NCBI GenBank assembly: GCA_965206595.1
Contig: OZ242214.1
Span: forward strand, 416,001-480,000
DNA: 64,000 nt
Source of the DNA: Candidatus Latescibacterota bacterium
Lineage (GTDB): Bacteria; Latescibacterota; UBA2968; UBA8231
Direction of reading: 5' to 3'
The number at the start of each line of letters is the position of its first letter. The first letter of the stretch is position 1. The translations under genes were made by a program, and so were the position numbers. The notes below the pieces were generated by a model. That model was not told the origin of the DNA, ran no database searches, and saw nothing but the letters and a program-made list of their open reading frames with translations. Below, in pieces: positions 50,587 through 60,535 of the stretch.

Positions 50587-50978
50587 TCACAAAGTGCGCA
50601 CTGGTTGGCCCAAGGTATTGTAGATTCTCAGCCGCACCGGGCCGGGGGTGGCCAGGTGGTAGGCAATCTGAGTGCTGGCGTTGAAAGGGTTGGGGAAGTT
50701 GGGCGAAAGGCGGCTGGTAACTGGGTAGGCGGATTTCATCTCGGGAGACGCGACCACAGTCTCAATCTGTCGATATCCAGGGTAGTCAGGTCCTGGGTGA
50801 AGCCATGAGAGATCGTCACCTCTCTCGTACCGTCGTACTCCGGCGATCCCATGGTGAAGTTGCCCGGCTCGATCCACACCATCTCCAGCGGCACTCCCCC
50901 CGGCAACTCAATGGTGATTTCGTCGTCAGCTTGCGCCAGGGTTGCCGGCAAGAAAACGAGGGCGAGTAACCGTTTCAT
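50587..50978 (-). pseudogene. Collapsed remnant of a secreted FGE-sulfatase (SUMF1)-domain protein with PNPFN domain
   Basis: Signal + LEMVWIEPGNFTMGS...EVTISHGF, then in another frame PNFPNPFNASTQIAY...IYNTLGQPVRTL*; the middle is missing. Confidence 0.6.
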
Positions 50979-51074
50979 CAGGGGCTTTCCGAAAGGGGCG
51001 AGGCGAATTTCATCAGAAAGATACAGGATGGCTATTGCGACAAGGATAGATACTGATGAATCCGCCTTTCGATC

Positions 51075-52562
51075 TCAGCCGTCATTCGCCACGTACGCCG
51101 CGTACAGGAACACGTCCCCGGGACGCTCGCACTCCCAGTTGATCCGCAGCCGCACGGGGGAGTCGATCCCCTCCAGGGTCCGTTTTTCCTTCCAGGCGAC
51201 CGGTGTCCGCAGCCCTTCCTCGGCAACGGGAATGCAGTCGGCCCTGCCGTACCCGGGAAGCGGCCGCATGCGCTCGTCCAGCAGTTCCACGGTGAGCCGG
51301 TTCTGCGGCGCCAGCCCCTGGGCGTTGATGTACACCGACGCCGGTGAGCCCTTGAGATCGATGGGACAGGAGATGCAGTGGGGCTCGGCGTACTCCGGCA
51401 CCATGTCGCCGATGTGCTCCCGCCAGTAGAGCTGGTGGGTGTCCTCGCTCGGCAGCAGGTTGGGCCTGGGGTCGGGCACGACCTCGAAATAGCCGAGGCG
51501 GTCGCGCGGGAAGCGCGCCACGTGCAGGTCGCCGCCCCGCCAGTTCGAGTACCAGACGAGGGACTCGTCGCCGACGTTGGCGAACCCCTGGCCCTGCTCG
51601 AGGGTGGGGAAGGTGGTCCCCTCCTTTTCGATCTCGTACGCGGCGATGAACTTGAAATCCGGGATCGGCTCGGTGAAGTGAAGGGCGTCGTTGCTGACGA
51701 GGAACCCGAGGTCCATGCTGGTGAAACGGCGGTCGTTTGACTCGCCGTGCCACATGCCGTAAACCCCGATGAGGACGTTGCCCCGGTCCCAGAGGCCGGC
51801 TCCGAGGTGCACCTGCTCGCCGGCGTGGCAGCCGGCGATCTGCCGGTAGGGGTGCCGGTCGCGGCGCAGCCCCAGGACCACGGCGTCGCTCCAGTTGTCG
51901 AAGTCCCAGGAGACGAAGGTGACCAGGGCTCTCTTGGTGCCGACGTTGCCCCCCTGCCCGTTGAGGAGGTAGCAGCCGTTGAACCGGATCAGCCCGGTCG
52001 GCTCGACCGCGTTGTGCTTGAGGATCGGGTTGTTCGGCCCCTCCTTCCAGTGGATGCCGTCATGGCTGTACGAGGCGGTGATGTAGTAGGGGTTGTCCTC
52101 GGTCACCATCTTGAAGCGGCGCGCCGGATCGGGGTCCTCCGGGTCGTAGAGCACCGAGCAGGAGGCCGGAGTTCCCGGCGCTTCGAAGGGGAGGAGGTTG
52201 TTCCGCTTCGAGCCGTTGAACTCGACGAGCCCCAGCTCGGGCTTCTCCCAGTCGACGCCGTCGGTGCTGACGGCGTAGCAGACCTGCGCCGGCGTCGGCT
52301 CGCCGTCGATATCCCCGTGGCCGAGGTACCAGAGCCGCAGCTCGTCCTCGACCTGGCAGATGGCCCCGTAGTACTTGACCACGCGGCTGTCCGGCGTCCC
52401 CGGGCCGCCCCGCTTCATGGCGACGAGGTGGCCCTTGTAGGGGTTCACCCCCTCGACGAGCCCGGTCTGCAGCCGGTACCGGAACGGTATCGTGCGGTCG
52501 TCGTAGGGGAACAGCACTGCTTCGCTTATCTCGATTCCGGGTCCTCCGTTCAATACGATCAT
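51075..52562 (-). CDS. Uncharacterised five-bladed beta-propeller (glycoside hydrolase-like) protein
   Basis: CYAVSTDGVDWEKPELGLVEFNGSKRNN, DPDPARRFKM, SHDGIHW and SNDALHF blade motifs. Confidence 0.65.
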   Translation of the reverse strand: MIVLNGGPGIEISEAVLFPYDDRTIPFRYRLQTGLVEGVNPYKGHLVAMKRGGPGTPDSRVVKYYGAICQVEDELRLWYLGHGDIDGEPTPAQVCYAVSTDGVDWEKPELGLVEFNGSKRNNLLPFEAPGTPASCSVLYDPEDPDPARRFKMVTEDNPYYITASYSHDGIHWKEGPNNPILKHNAVEPTGLIRFNGCYLLNGQGGNVGTKRALVTFVSWDFDNWSDAVVLGLRRDRHPYRQIAGCHAGEQVHLGAGLWDRGNVLIGVYGMWHGESNDRRFTSMDLGFLVSNDALHFTEPIPDFKFIAAYEIEKEGTTFPTLEQGQGFANVGDESLVWYSNWRGGDLHVARFPRDRLGYFEVVPDPRPNLLPSEDTHQLYWREHIGDMVPEYAEPHCISCPIDLKGSPASVYINAQGLAPQNRLTVELLDERMRPLPGYGRADCIPVAEEGLRTPVAWKEKRTLEGIDSPVRLRINWECERPGDVFLYAAYVANDG

Positions 52563-52673
52563 CTCTCTTCAACTCCTCGGCGTGCAGCCGTCTCGGGCTG
52601 TATGCGATGTGAGGTGGACCTCCTCATGTCTTCGATTCTGTCGGGTCCGCGGCATCGAAGCTACCTTCGCGCC

Positions 52674-53525
52674 ATGAACATCCACCACTGGTCCTTCCAT
52701 CCCGGCGATGATATAAAGAGACGGCTGCGCGCGCTCAAGAGAGAGATGACCGACCTCTGCCTCTGGCACTCGTTCCAGACGGCGCGCAAAGGCGGCTGGA
52801 GCTTCGAAGAGTGCCTGTACGAGCGCACCATGATCTGGCGATACCTTCCCTGGAAAAGCCGGTCGATGGCGCAGCACCCGGTCTCGGAAGAGAACGAGCT
52901 TTGGCAGGAGCTCTGCGAAGGCCTGGCCGCCATCTTCAGCTCGTTCGAACGGCGCGGCGATGCGGCGGCGTTTACCGGTGCCGCCATGGACTTCCTCGTT
53001 CCGATGTACGAGCGCGAAGAGCAGTACGAGGATGCCAACGCGGAGAGTCTTCTCGAGGAGCTCATCGCCAGGGACGCGGGGATGAACTGGTTCGGCTGCT
53101 TTCGCTACACCGCGGGGGACCCGGACAGGGACAGAGCGGAGATACACATCGGTAACAACACGGCACCCGATTCCCCTTTCGCGGACAGGCGAAGAAAGTT
53201 CGCCTGGATGCAGCAGCTGCTCGAAGACGCGGCGGGGGACGCCCCGTGGATCAGGCGCATCGGCACGAGCTCGTGGCTGAACAACTACGCTGCCTACACC
53301 GAGCTGTTTCCGGCGAGCTACCGCGATTCATTCGTTGCGGCGAGTCCCGGCCGCATGCGGGGATTGGGTTGGTGGGGGCAATTCATCACGCACGAGGTCA
53401 CGCTCAACGAGCGGCGGGCGGAGACGCTGAAGCAGGAGCAGCGGTTCGAGCTCGCGCAGTACCGGGGGACCTGTGAGTTCGGGGATTTCGTGGAGCACGT
53501 AGGGGGACGGCTTTCGGGCAGGTGA
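52674..53525 (+). CDS. Hypothetical protein (283 aa)
   Basis: Globular-looking, aromatic-rich C-terminal part of ORF 51747..53525; GC3-rich codons from ATG 52674. Confidence 0.65.
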   Translation: MNIHHWSFHPGDDIKRRLRALKREMTDLCLWHSFQTARKGGWSFEECLYERTMIWRYLPWKSRSMAQHPVSEENELWQELCEGLAAIFSSFERRGDAAAFTGAAMDFLVPMYEREEQYEDANAESLLEELIARDAGMNWFGCFRYTAGDPDRDRAEIHIGNNTAPDSPFADRRRKFAWMQQLLEDAAGDAPWIRRIGTSSWLNNYAAYTELFPASYRDSFVAASPGRMRGLGWWGQFITHEVTLNERRAETLKQEQRFELAQYRGTCEFGDFVEHVGGRLSGR

Positions 53526-53563
53526 TTTCGTAGGTGCCTACCCCCGCTATCCGGCCAGTTGGT

Positions 53564-53588
53564 AATATATGCATAATATGCATATATT
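53564..53588. promoter_or_regulatory. Perfect palindromic operator upstream of the brnA-like gene
   Basis: AATATATGCAT-AAT-ATGCATATATT. Confidence 0.7.
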
Positions 53589-53619
53589 CAGACGGTGGAC
53601 ATGGGAGAAAGGAAGATTT

Positions 53620-53871
53620 GTGAAACAGGAATATGATTTCAGCCGTGGGAGACGAGGGGCGGTAGTCCCGCAAAGGGGGAAAACGCGAATTACCATGTAT
53701 GTAGATAACGACATCCTGGATGCCTTTCGTTCATTTTCAGATGAGGCGGGGACAGGTTATCAAACCATGATCAACGAGGCATTGAGAGATTACCTTGGAA
53801 AGAGGAAGCCTCCTGTTGACGAGGATACCCTGCGTCGAGTTTTACGAGAGGAATTGCACGCAGCGAGCTGA
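53620..53871 (+). CDS. brnA: BrnA-family antitoxin (orphan)
   Basis: MKQEYDFSRGRRG...KTRITMYVDNDILDAF...GYQTMINEALR. Confidence 0.85.
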   Translation: MKQEYDFSRGRRGAVVPQRGKTRITMYVDNDILDAFRSFSDEAGTGYQTMINEALRDYLGKRKPPVDEDTLRRVLREELHAAS

Positions 53872-53929
53872 TTATTCAATTAATAGATTTTTCTTCTATC
53901 GCCGAAATTTCAGAGACTCGCTTAAATCG

Positions 53930-54010
53930 CGGGCACCCCCCGTCATAGTGACGGCCTATCGCCCCAACAGACAGGATTGGGATGATGGTTTCATCGGGAG
54001 AGGAACATGA
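53930..54010 (+). pseudogene. C-terminal remnant of a DUF4258-like toxin
   Basis: PVIVTAYRPNRQDWDDGF overlapping the next ATG; no N-terminal part is visible. Confidence 0.5.
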
Positions 54011-54216
54011 CGAACACTACGAAACTGGTTCGCGCAGGGGAATATGCTGCGGAGGTGGAGGTGGAGCTGATCGATGGGGACGCCGGCTGGCCGCCCTACC
54101 TTTCCGTCAGGGACGCTGAAAAGCTGGATGATGTTCGTGAGGCTCTAAGGAAGGGTGACCTGGAGCACGCGGCTCGGATGTCTCGTGTATTCCATCTGAC
54201 CCCCATTGAGGCGTGA
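54007..54216 (+). CDS. Small putative antitoxin (69 aa)
   Basis: TKLVRAGEYAAEVEVELI...WPPYLS...KLDDVREALR; follows the toxin remnant with ATGA overlap. Confidence 0.6.
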   Translation: MTNTTKLVRAGEYAAEVEVELIDGDAGWPPYLSVRDAEKLDDVREALRKGDLEHAARMSRVFHLTPIEA

Positions 54217-54258
54217 AGCACCCCATATTCCAGTTTGCCGGAATTCGGCCGAACCAAG

Positions 54259-54976
54259 ATGAAGTCGGTTAAATTCGTTGATTATACGTATATAGAGATC
54301 AAGTCTCTTATAGAGGCTGGGTGTTTGGCGATTTTACCCACTGGATGTACGGAACAACAGGGTCCGCATTTGCCGGTGGATTTCGACACTTGGTTTGCCG
54401 AATCGGTTGCATTGGAGGCTGCACAGTACGCGGCACACATTCATGACCTGCGTGCTCTGGTTCTGCCGGCCCTTCCATTTGGCCCGACGCCCGAGCACCG
54501 GGGCTTCGGATCAGGATATGTCGACATTCCCCACTCGGTGCATGAAGAGTGTGTCTATTTCGTTCTAGGATCGCTCGCAGAGCAAGGTTTCCGAAAGATT
54601 CTTATCTGGCGCGGGTGCGGAGAACATCGACTTCAGAAGGCAACGGATAGGTTCAACGCTAAATTTGGTCCTCAATCCATGGCCTGCCTTCCGCCCCTTC
54701 CGTACCATGAGATTTGGTGCCGGGTAGCTGATCCAAATGTACCAGGTGGGCACGCCGATAGTTTCACGACCTCAATCGCCCTGCATCGCCGCCCGGACAC
54801 GGTCCAACTCGACAGGATCCCTTCGGGCCGCTCACGATCTCGATTTCACCAAATATTCAGACACAGGTGTCATCGGTGACGCGGGCCATGCGAGTGCGGA
54901 GTTGGGGCGCAGGCTTTGGAACGAGGTCATATCCACCGCCGCCGCAATTTTAAAAGAGCTCGACCGGATGGAATGA
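54259..54976 (+). pseudogene. Creatininase/creatinine amidohydrolase family, frameshifted at ~54830
   Basis: LPTGCTEQQGPHLPVDFDT, TPEH and GGHADSFTTS; the tail SDTGVIGD...ASAELGRRL is in another frame. Confidence 0.8.
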
Positions 54977-55165
54977 GTCGATGTCTCCTTGAGGAAAATC
55001 GCACGGTGGATGAATGGGCTCCTTCGAAAGCCCTTCAAAAGAACCTTCTTTCCCGATTGGGTATGGCTTCCACGCCTTAATTCCTCTTCAGTTCGAACAA
55101 CGCATACTTTCGCCTGACCGCTTGCTTCCTTTCCAAAACCAGTCAAAATCCCGTTTATCCTGCCC

Positions 55166-58100
55166 ATGAATTCACCTAGGCCGAGCTCGGACGGTGCGAG
55201 GGTCGACAGCGCATCTTCGCTGGATGTCTTTGCCCTCCGCGACAGCGTCGTGGGCGAATACAAGCACTTCGCCACGTCGTTCACGACGATCCACGCTCCG
55301 GACATCAGCGAGCAGGTTGAGGCCATCTACGCCGAGGATCGCTATTGGCCTGAGCCGCTCATCCAGATCAACCCGAGCTACAAGCGCTCGACCGACGTTG
55401 GCACCTTGGTTTCGAACGGCGTCCTCCACCCTGGCTGCGCCGACATCTTCCGGGCGGACGGTCAGCCGCTGTCGCTCTACAAGCACCAGGAGCAGGCCGT
55501 CGCTCTCGCCGCAGAGGGGGAGAGCTTCGTGGTGACGACCGGCACGGGGTCCGGGAAGTCGCTCTGTTTCTTTATCCCCATCGTCAGCCATGTGCTTGCC
55601 GCACGGCGGGCGAACGCGCAGCGGCGCACCCACGCCATCGTTGTCTACCCGATGAACGCGCTCGCGAACTCGCAGATGGAGGAGCTGAGCAAGTTCATCG
55701 ATCCGGTGCCTGGAGATCGGCCGATCACGTTCGCCCGCTACACGGGGCAGGAGGACAGGGACGAGCGGAGGCGTGTTGCAGACGAGCCCCCGGACATTCT
55801 CCTCACCAACTTCATGATGCTCGAGCTCCTGATGACGCGGCAGGAGGAGGTCGACCGCCGGGTCATCGGAAACTGCGCGGGCCTTGGCTTCCTCGTCCTG
55901 GACGAACTCCACACGTACCGCGGCCGCCAGGGTGCCGACGTGGCGCTGCTGGTGCGCCGTGTCCGTGAGCGCCTCCAGCCCAAAAAGCTTCTGTGCATCG
56001 GCACCTCGGCCACGATGGCGAGCGAAGGATCGCTGGAGGACAAGAGCCGCGTGGTCGCCGGCGTGGCTTCGAAGCTCTTCGGGGTCCCCATCGCCGAAAG
56101 CAACATCATCGCCGAAACGCTCGAGCGCATTACCGATTCAACCGCGACCGCCGATTCGGTGAGGCCCGACCTTGGCACGGCCATCGATGACGGCGTACTG
56201 CCGGACATCTCCGACGCGGCGCTTCGGGAGCACCCGCTTGCGGTGTGGGTGGAGACGCGGCTTGGTATCTCGTTCTCCGAGGTCGACCAGCGCTGGGTCC
56301 GAGCGAAGCCCATGACGGTGACCGATGCGGTGGACAGGCTCTCGGCGGAATCCGGTCGACCTGGCGCCGCATGCGGCAAAGCGCTGCGAGATCTTCTTCT
56401 CGTGTCGAGCGTCCCCGAGCGGGTACGGACCTCGAACTCTGGCGCAAGCAAGGACAGCTTCTACTCGTTCAAGCTCCACCAGTTCATCTCGGGTGCCGGC
56501 CACGCCTATATGACGATGGAGCCGCCCGGCACTCGCAAAGTGACGGTTGATGGTCAGCAGTTCCTTCCCGGCCACGCGGACAAGCGACTTTACGCCGTTC
56601 ACTTCTGTCGGGAATGTGGGCACGAATATCACCCGGTGCGGTTGGTGCAACAGGAGGACGGTTCGGTCTTCCTCGCGCGCGACATCGACGACGCGCCTCC
56701 GACCAAGCAGGACGACGCCGAAGTAGATGCGCACGAGGCGCGGCCCGAAGGGGAGTTCGGTTTCCTGACGCCGCATCTGCCCAACGATCCCGACTTCAGC
56801 TTCGACGACCGTGACGAGGACTACCCCGAGACCTGGCTCGAGTTCGACGCCAGCGCCCGCCCGCGGCTCAAGAAGTACTACCGCGAAGCGCGTGCGCGGC
56901 ACTTCAGGGTCGCCCCGGACGGGCAAGTCGGTTCGGGCACGACGGTGTGGTTCCTGCCCGGCAAGTTCCGACTCTGTCTCCGCTGCGGGCACACCCAGGG
57001 TGGTGCGGCGCGCGATCGCACACGTCTCGCCTCTCTCTCGGCGGAGGGCCGCAGCTCGGCAACCACCGTACTCGTCGCCGGCACACTGCGCTGGATGCAC
57101 GGCACCGAGTCGGCGATGGACCGCTACACACGGAAGCTTCTCGGCTTCACCGACAACCGTCAGGACGCCGCGCTCCAGGCCGGCCATTTCAACGACTTTC
57201 TCTTCGTGAGCCTCGTTCGTGCGGGCTTCCTTGGTGCGCTGCAGGATGCAGGCTCGAACGGGCTCCGGAGCGACGGGTTGGGCGTCGCCGTGCAGCGCAC
57301 GCTTGGCTTCGACCGATCGGATGCGCAGATCCGCGCCGAGTGGCTACTGGAGCCCTCGCTGCGCGGCTTCAACTTGCAGGAGGCGGAGGGCACGCTCCGG
57401 CAGGTGCTCGCCTACCGCGTGTGGTTCGATCAACGACGCGGCTGGCGCTACACCAACCCGAACCTCGAGCAGCTCGAGATGGTCCAGGTGGAGTACCTCG
57501 GGCTCGACGACCTCGCCGCGGACGACGAGTTGTTCGCCGACTCGCACCGCTTGCTGCAGCAGGCCAGCGGCGCTGTCCGGAAAGAGGTATATCGTGAGCT
57601 GCTCGACCACATGCGGAAGTGGATGGCGATCCGCAACCAGGTTCTCGACGCCGCGGTCCTGGAGCAGTTGGTCGCGAAGTCGCACAGCCGCATCCGGTCA
57701 CCCTGGGGACTCGGCAGTGACGAGAAGCCGAGAGGTGCGCGGTGGCTGATGATCGTCGCGCCCACTCGGCGGGCAAGCAGCCTCCGCGACACGGATCTGA
57801 TCGTGCGCGGCGGCTCACGAAGTGGTCTCGGGCGGACGCTGCGCTCGACGGCGCTCTGGGGCGGCGACGCGTCCATCCGCGATCTGAAATCCAAGGAGTT
57901 CGACCAACTCGTCGAGGACCTCCTCCGTGCGGGCGCGACGCACGGCCTGGTGTCGGAGGAGAGCACTCCGTTCGACCAGCCCGGGTGGCGCCTCAACGAC
58001 GCGTGCGTCGTCTTCCAATTGGGCGACGCGCCGACGGACGGCAGCGATTCCAAGCAGAACGCGTTCTTCCGCGACCTCTACGAGAACCTCGCGACGATGC

Positions 58101-60535
58101 TACGCGCGCCGATGCATCCGCTGTTCGGGTTCGAGGCGCGCGAGCACACCGCCCAGGTCGATCCCGACAACCGGGAGATCCGGGAGAAGCGCTTTCGCTT
58201 CGGTGAGCGGGAACGCGAGGAGCTTGGGGAGGACGAGCAGCGACTCCGAGAGGCCGGCGAAACCAATCGGTTCCTGCCGGTCCTTTTTTGTTCCCCTACG
58301 ATGGAGCTCGGCGTCGACATCGCATTGCTCAACGCCGTCCACATGCGCAACGTTCCGCCCACGCCGGCGAACTACGCCCAGCGCGGCGGCCGCGCGGGCC
58401 GCAACGGACAGGCTGCCCTGGTCATCACCTACGCTTCTTCGCAGAGCCCGCACGACCAGCACTTCTTCCACGATCCCAGGGAGATGGTCCACGGAGAGGT
58501 ACGTGCGCCCGTGCTCGAACTCGCGAACCGGGACCTGATCGACAGCCATCTCCAGGCGGTCTGGCTCTCGTGCGTCGACCAGCCGCTTGACCCCTGTATC
58601 GCGGAGCTGCTCACCCTCAATGAAGTCGGCCGTCCTCTCAAGCCCGACCTCAAGGCGGCGCTGGAGGAGAGGCGCATCGCTGACGGCGCAGGCGAACGGA
58701 TCCGGCGCGTCCTGGACCTGGTGGCAGACGATCTCACGTCCGAGATCGCACCCTGGTACACGGGCCGGGATGCCTATTCGGATGCCATCGTGGCGTCGGC
58801 CGCGGAGCGCTTCGACGAGGCGTTCCATCGCTGGCGAGACCTTTTTGCAGCCGCCGAGGAGCAGCGCGACGCTGCGCGCAGGACCATGGACGACTACTCC
58901 ACCCCCTACCAGGAGAAGCGCGCGGCGCAGACCCGGCACGCGCAGGCGCTGGACCAGCTCAACCTGCTCCAGCGTGGGACGAACGCGCTCTCGAGCGACT
59001 TCTACACGTACCGGTACCTCGCCACCGAGGGCTTCCTGCCCGGGTACAACTTCCCCAGGCTCCCCCTCCTCGCCTACATCCCGGCGAGTAGGGATGGTGG
59101 TGGACGGCAGACGTACCTGCAGCGTCCGCGCTTCCTCGCGCTTGCCGAGTTCGGCCCTCGCAGCCTCGTCTACCACGAGGGGCGCGCCCACCGGGTCGTG
59201 CGAGCCCTCCTGTCGCTCGGTCACCGGGATTCCGCGACGCCTGACGCGCAACTGCCCACGAGGGCCGTGCGCATCTGCGCGAGCTGCGGGGCAGGACACT
59301 TCGGAGATGATCTGTCGATCTGCCACTCCTGCGGAACGTCCCTCGGCAGCGCCGAGGTCGTGGGCAACACGTACCGGATCGAAAACGTTGCGACCATGCC
59401 GGCCGAGCAGATCACCGCGAACGACGAAGAGCGCCAGCGCCAGGGTTTCGACCTGCAAACGACGTTCGAGTGGGCGATCCGCGACCAGGAGATCGACGTG
59501 CAGCGCGCGTCGGCCTGCGACGAGGAGGGCGCGATCGCGAGCATGGCGTACGGCGCCGGGGCGACGATCACGCGTCTCAACAAGGGCCTGCGTCGAAGAG
59601 CCGACAAGAAAGTCCTCGGCTTCCGCATCGACCCGGTATCCGGGTACTGGGCCAGGAACGAGGACGACGCGGACGAGAGCGCACTCGATCCTACGGCGTC
59701 GCCTCGGCAGTGGATCGTCCCCAGCGTTCAGGACCGCAGAAACGCGCTTCTCTTTCAGCCCGTCGGCGACACTCTTTCGGAAATCACCATGGCCACGGTG
59801 CAGCATGCGATCCTGCGCGGCCTCGAGGCGGTGTTCCAACTCGAGGAAGGCGAGATGCTCGCCGAACCGATGCCGACGCGTGACGTCCGTAACGGCTTCC
59901 TGCTCTACGAGGCCACCGAAGGCGGAGCCGGCGTGCTCACGCGGCTCGTGAGCCAGGAGAAGGACCTCGCCACCGTCGCACGCAGGGCGCTGCGGATCAT
60001 GCATCTCGCTGTCGGCGAGGAGCCTTTGCCAGAGTCCACATCGGGCCTTTCAGACCAGGGAACGACCTGCGTGGCCGCCTGCTACCGGTGCCTGATGTCG
60101 TACTACAACCAGCCCGACCACGAATGTCTCGATCGCCGCGACGAGGACGCTCGCGCGATGCTGCTGCGCCTGGCGCGCGCTCGCACGCTCCCGCCGTTGG
60201 AGGTGAGCCCTGTCGAGAACGCGCTCGGTGGTAGTATCAGTGCAACCGCCACCCTGTCGAAGCCGGTCCTCACCGTGTCGGTCGAGGACCGGTGGCTCGC
60301 CGAAGCAACGCGGCGCGGAATTCCAGCTCCGGATCCGAAGCCGCTCACGGCGGGCGACCGGTCCGTGCGCTGCGTCTGGCGCAGGCATTACGTTGCGGCG
60401 ATCATCGACCAGGCCGACCGTCCGGCCCTGGAGCCGATGGAGGATCTCGGCTTCGAAGTCGTCCAGTTCGAGGAGCCCGCAGGCTGGCGTGCTGCCTTCG
60501 CGCGGCTGGCTTCGGCCTTGGGGCAAGCGTCGTGA
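55166..60535 (+). CDS. Large SF2 DEAD/DEAH helicase with Zn fingers and C-terminal DUF1998 (YprA/MrfA, DrmAB/DruE-like)
   Basis: LYKHQ, TGTGSGKS, YPMNAL, DELH, TSAT, FTDNRQDA, PTMELGVDI, QRGGRAGR, CRECG/CLRCG/CASC/CHSC and EGGAG...CVAACYRCL. Confidence 0.92.
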   Translation: MNSPRPSSDGARVDSASSLDVFALRDSVVGEYKHFATSFTTIHAPDISEQVEAIYAEDRYWPEPLIQINPSYKRSTDVGTLVSNGVLHPGCADIFRADGQPLSLYKHQEQAVALAAEGESFVVTTGTGSGKSLCFFIPIVSHVLAARRANAQRRTHAIVVYPMNALANSQMEELSKFIDPVPGDRPITFARYTGQEDRDERRRVADEPPDILLTNFMMLELLMTRQEEVDRRVIGNCAGLGFLVLDELHTYRGRQGADVALLVRRVRERLQPKKLLCIGTSATMASEGSLEDKSRVVAGVASKLFGVPIAESNIIAETLERITDSTATADSVRPDLGTAIDDGVLPDISDAALREHPLAVWVETRLGISFSEVDQRWVRAKPMTVTDAVDRLSAESGRPGAACGKALRDLLLVSSVPERVRTSNSGASKDSFYSFKLHQFISGAGHAYMTMEPPGTRKVTVDGQQFLPGHADKRLYAVHFCRECGHEYHPVRLVQQEDGSVFLARDIDDAPPTKQDDAEVDAHEARPEGEFGFLTPHLPNDPDFSFDDRDEDYPETWLEFDASARPRLKKYYREARARHFRVAPDGQVGSGTTVWFLPGKFRLCLRCGHTQGGAARDRTRLASLSAEGRSSATTVLVAGTLRWMHGTESAMDRYTRKLLGFTDNRQDAALQAGHFNDFLFVSLVRAGFLGALQDAGSNGLRSDGLGVAVQRTLGFDRSDAQIRAEWLLEPSLRGFNLQEAEGTLRQVLAYRVWFDQRRGWRYTNPNLEQLEMVQVEYLGLDDLAADDELFADSHRLLQQASGAVRKEVYRELLDHMRKWMAIRNQVLDAAVLEQLVAKSHSRIRSPWGLGSDEKPRGARWLMIVAPTRRASSLRDTDLIVRGGSRSGLGRTLRSTALWGGDASIRDLKSKEFDQLVEDLLRAGATHGLVSEESTPFDQPGWRLNDACVVFQLGDAPTDGSDSKQNAFFRDLYENLATMLRAPMHPLFGFEAREHTAQVDPDNREIREKRFRFGEREREELGEDEQRLREAGETNRFLPVLFCSPTMELGVDIALLNAVHMRNVPPTPANYAQRGGRAGRNGQAALVITYASSQSPHDQHFFHDPREMVHGEVRAPVLELANRDLIDSHLQAVWLSCVDQPLDPCIAELLTLNEVGRPLKPDLKAALEERRIADGAGERIRRVLDLVADDLTSEIAPWYTGRDAYSDAIVASAAERFDEAFHRWRDLFAAAEEQRDAARRTMDDYSTPYQEKRAAQTRHAQALDQLNLLQRGTNALSSDFYTYRYLATEGFLPGYNFPRLPLLAYIPASRDGGGRQTYLQRPRFLALAEFGPRSLVYHEGRAHRVVRALLSLGHRDSATPDAQLPTRAVRICASCGAGHFGDDLSICHSCGTSLGSAEVVGNTYRIENVATMPAEQITANDEERQRQGFDLQTTFEWAIRDQEIDVQRASACDEEGAIASMAYGAGATITRLNKGLRRRADKKVLGFRIDPVSGYWARNEDDADESALDPTASPRQWIVPSVQDRRNALLFQPVGDTLSEITMATVQHAILRGLEAVFQLEEGEMLAEPMPTRDVRNGFLLYEATEGGAGVLTRLVSQEKDLATVARRALRIMHLAVGEEPLPESTSGLSDQGTTCVAACYRCLMSYYNQPDHECLDRRDEDARAMLLRLARARTLPPLEVSPVENALGGSISATATLSKPVLTVSVEDRWLAEATRRGIPAPDPKPLTAGDRSVRCVWRRHYVAAIIDQADRPALEPMEDLGFEVVQFEEPAGWRAAFARLASALGQAS

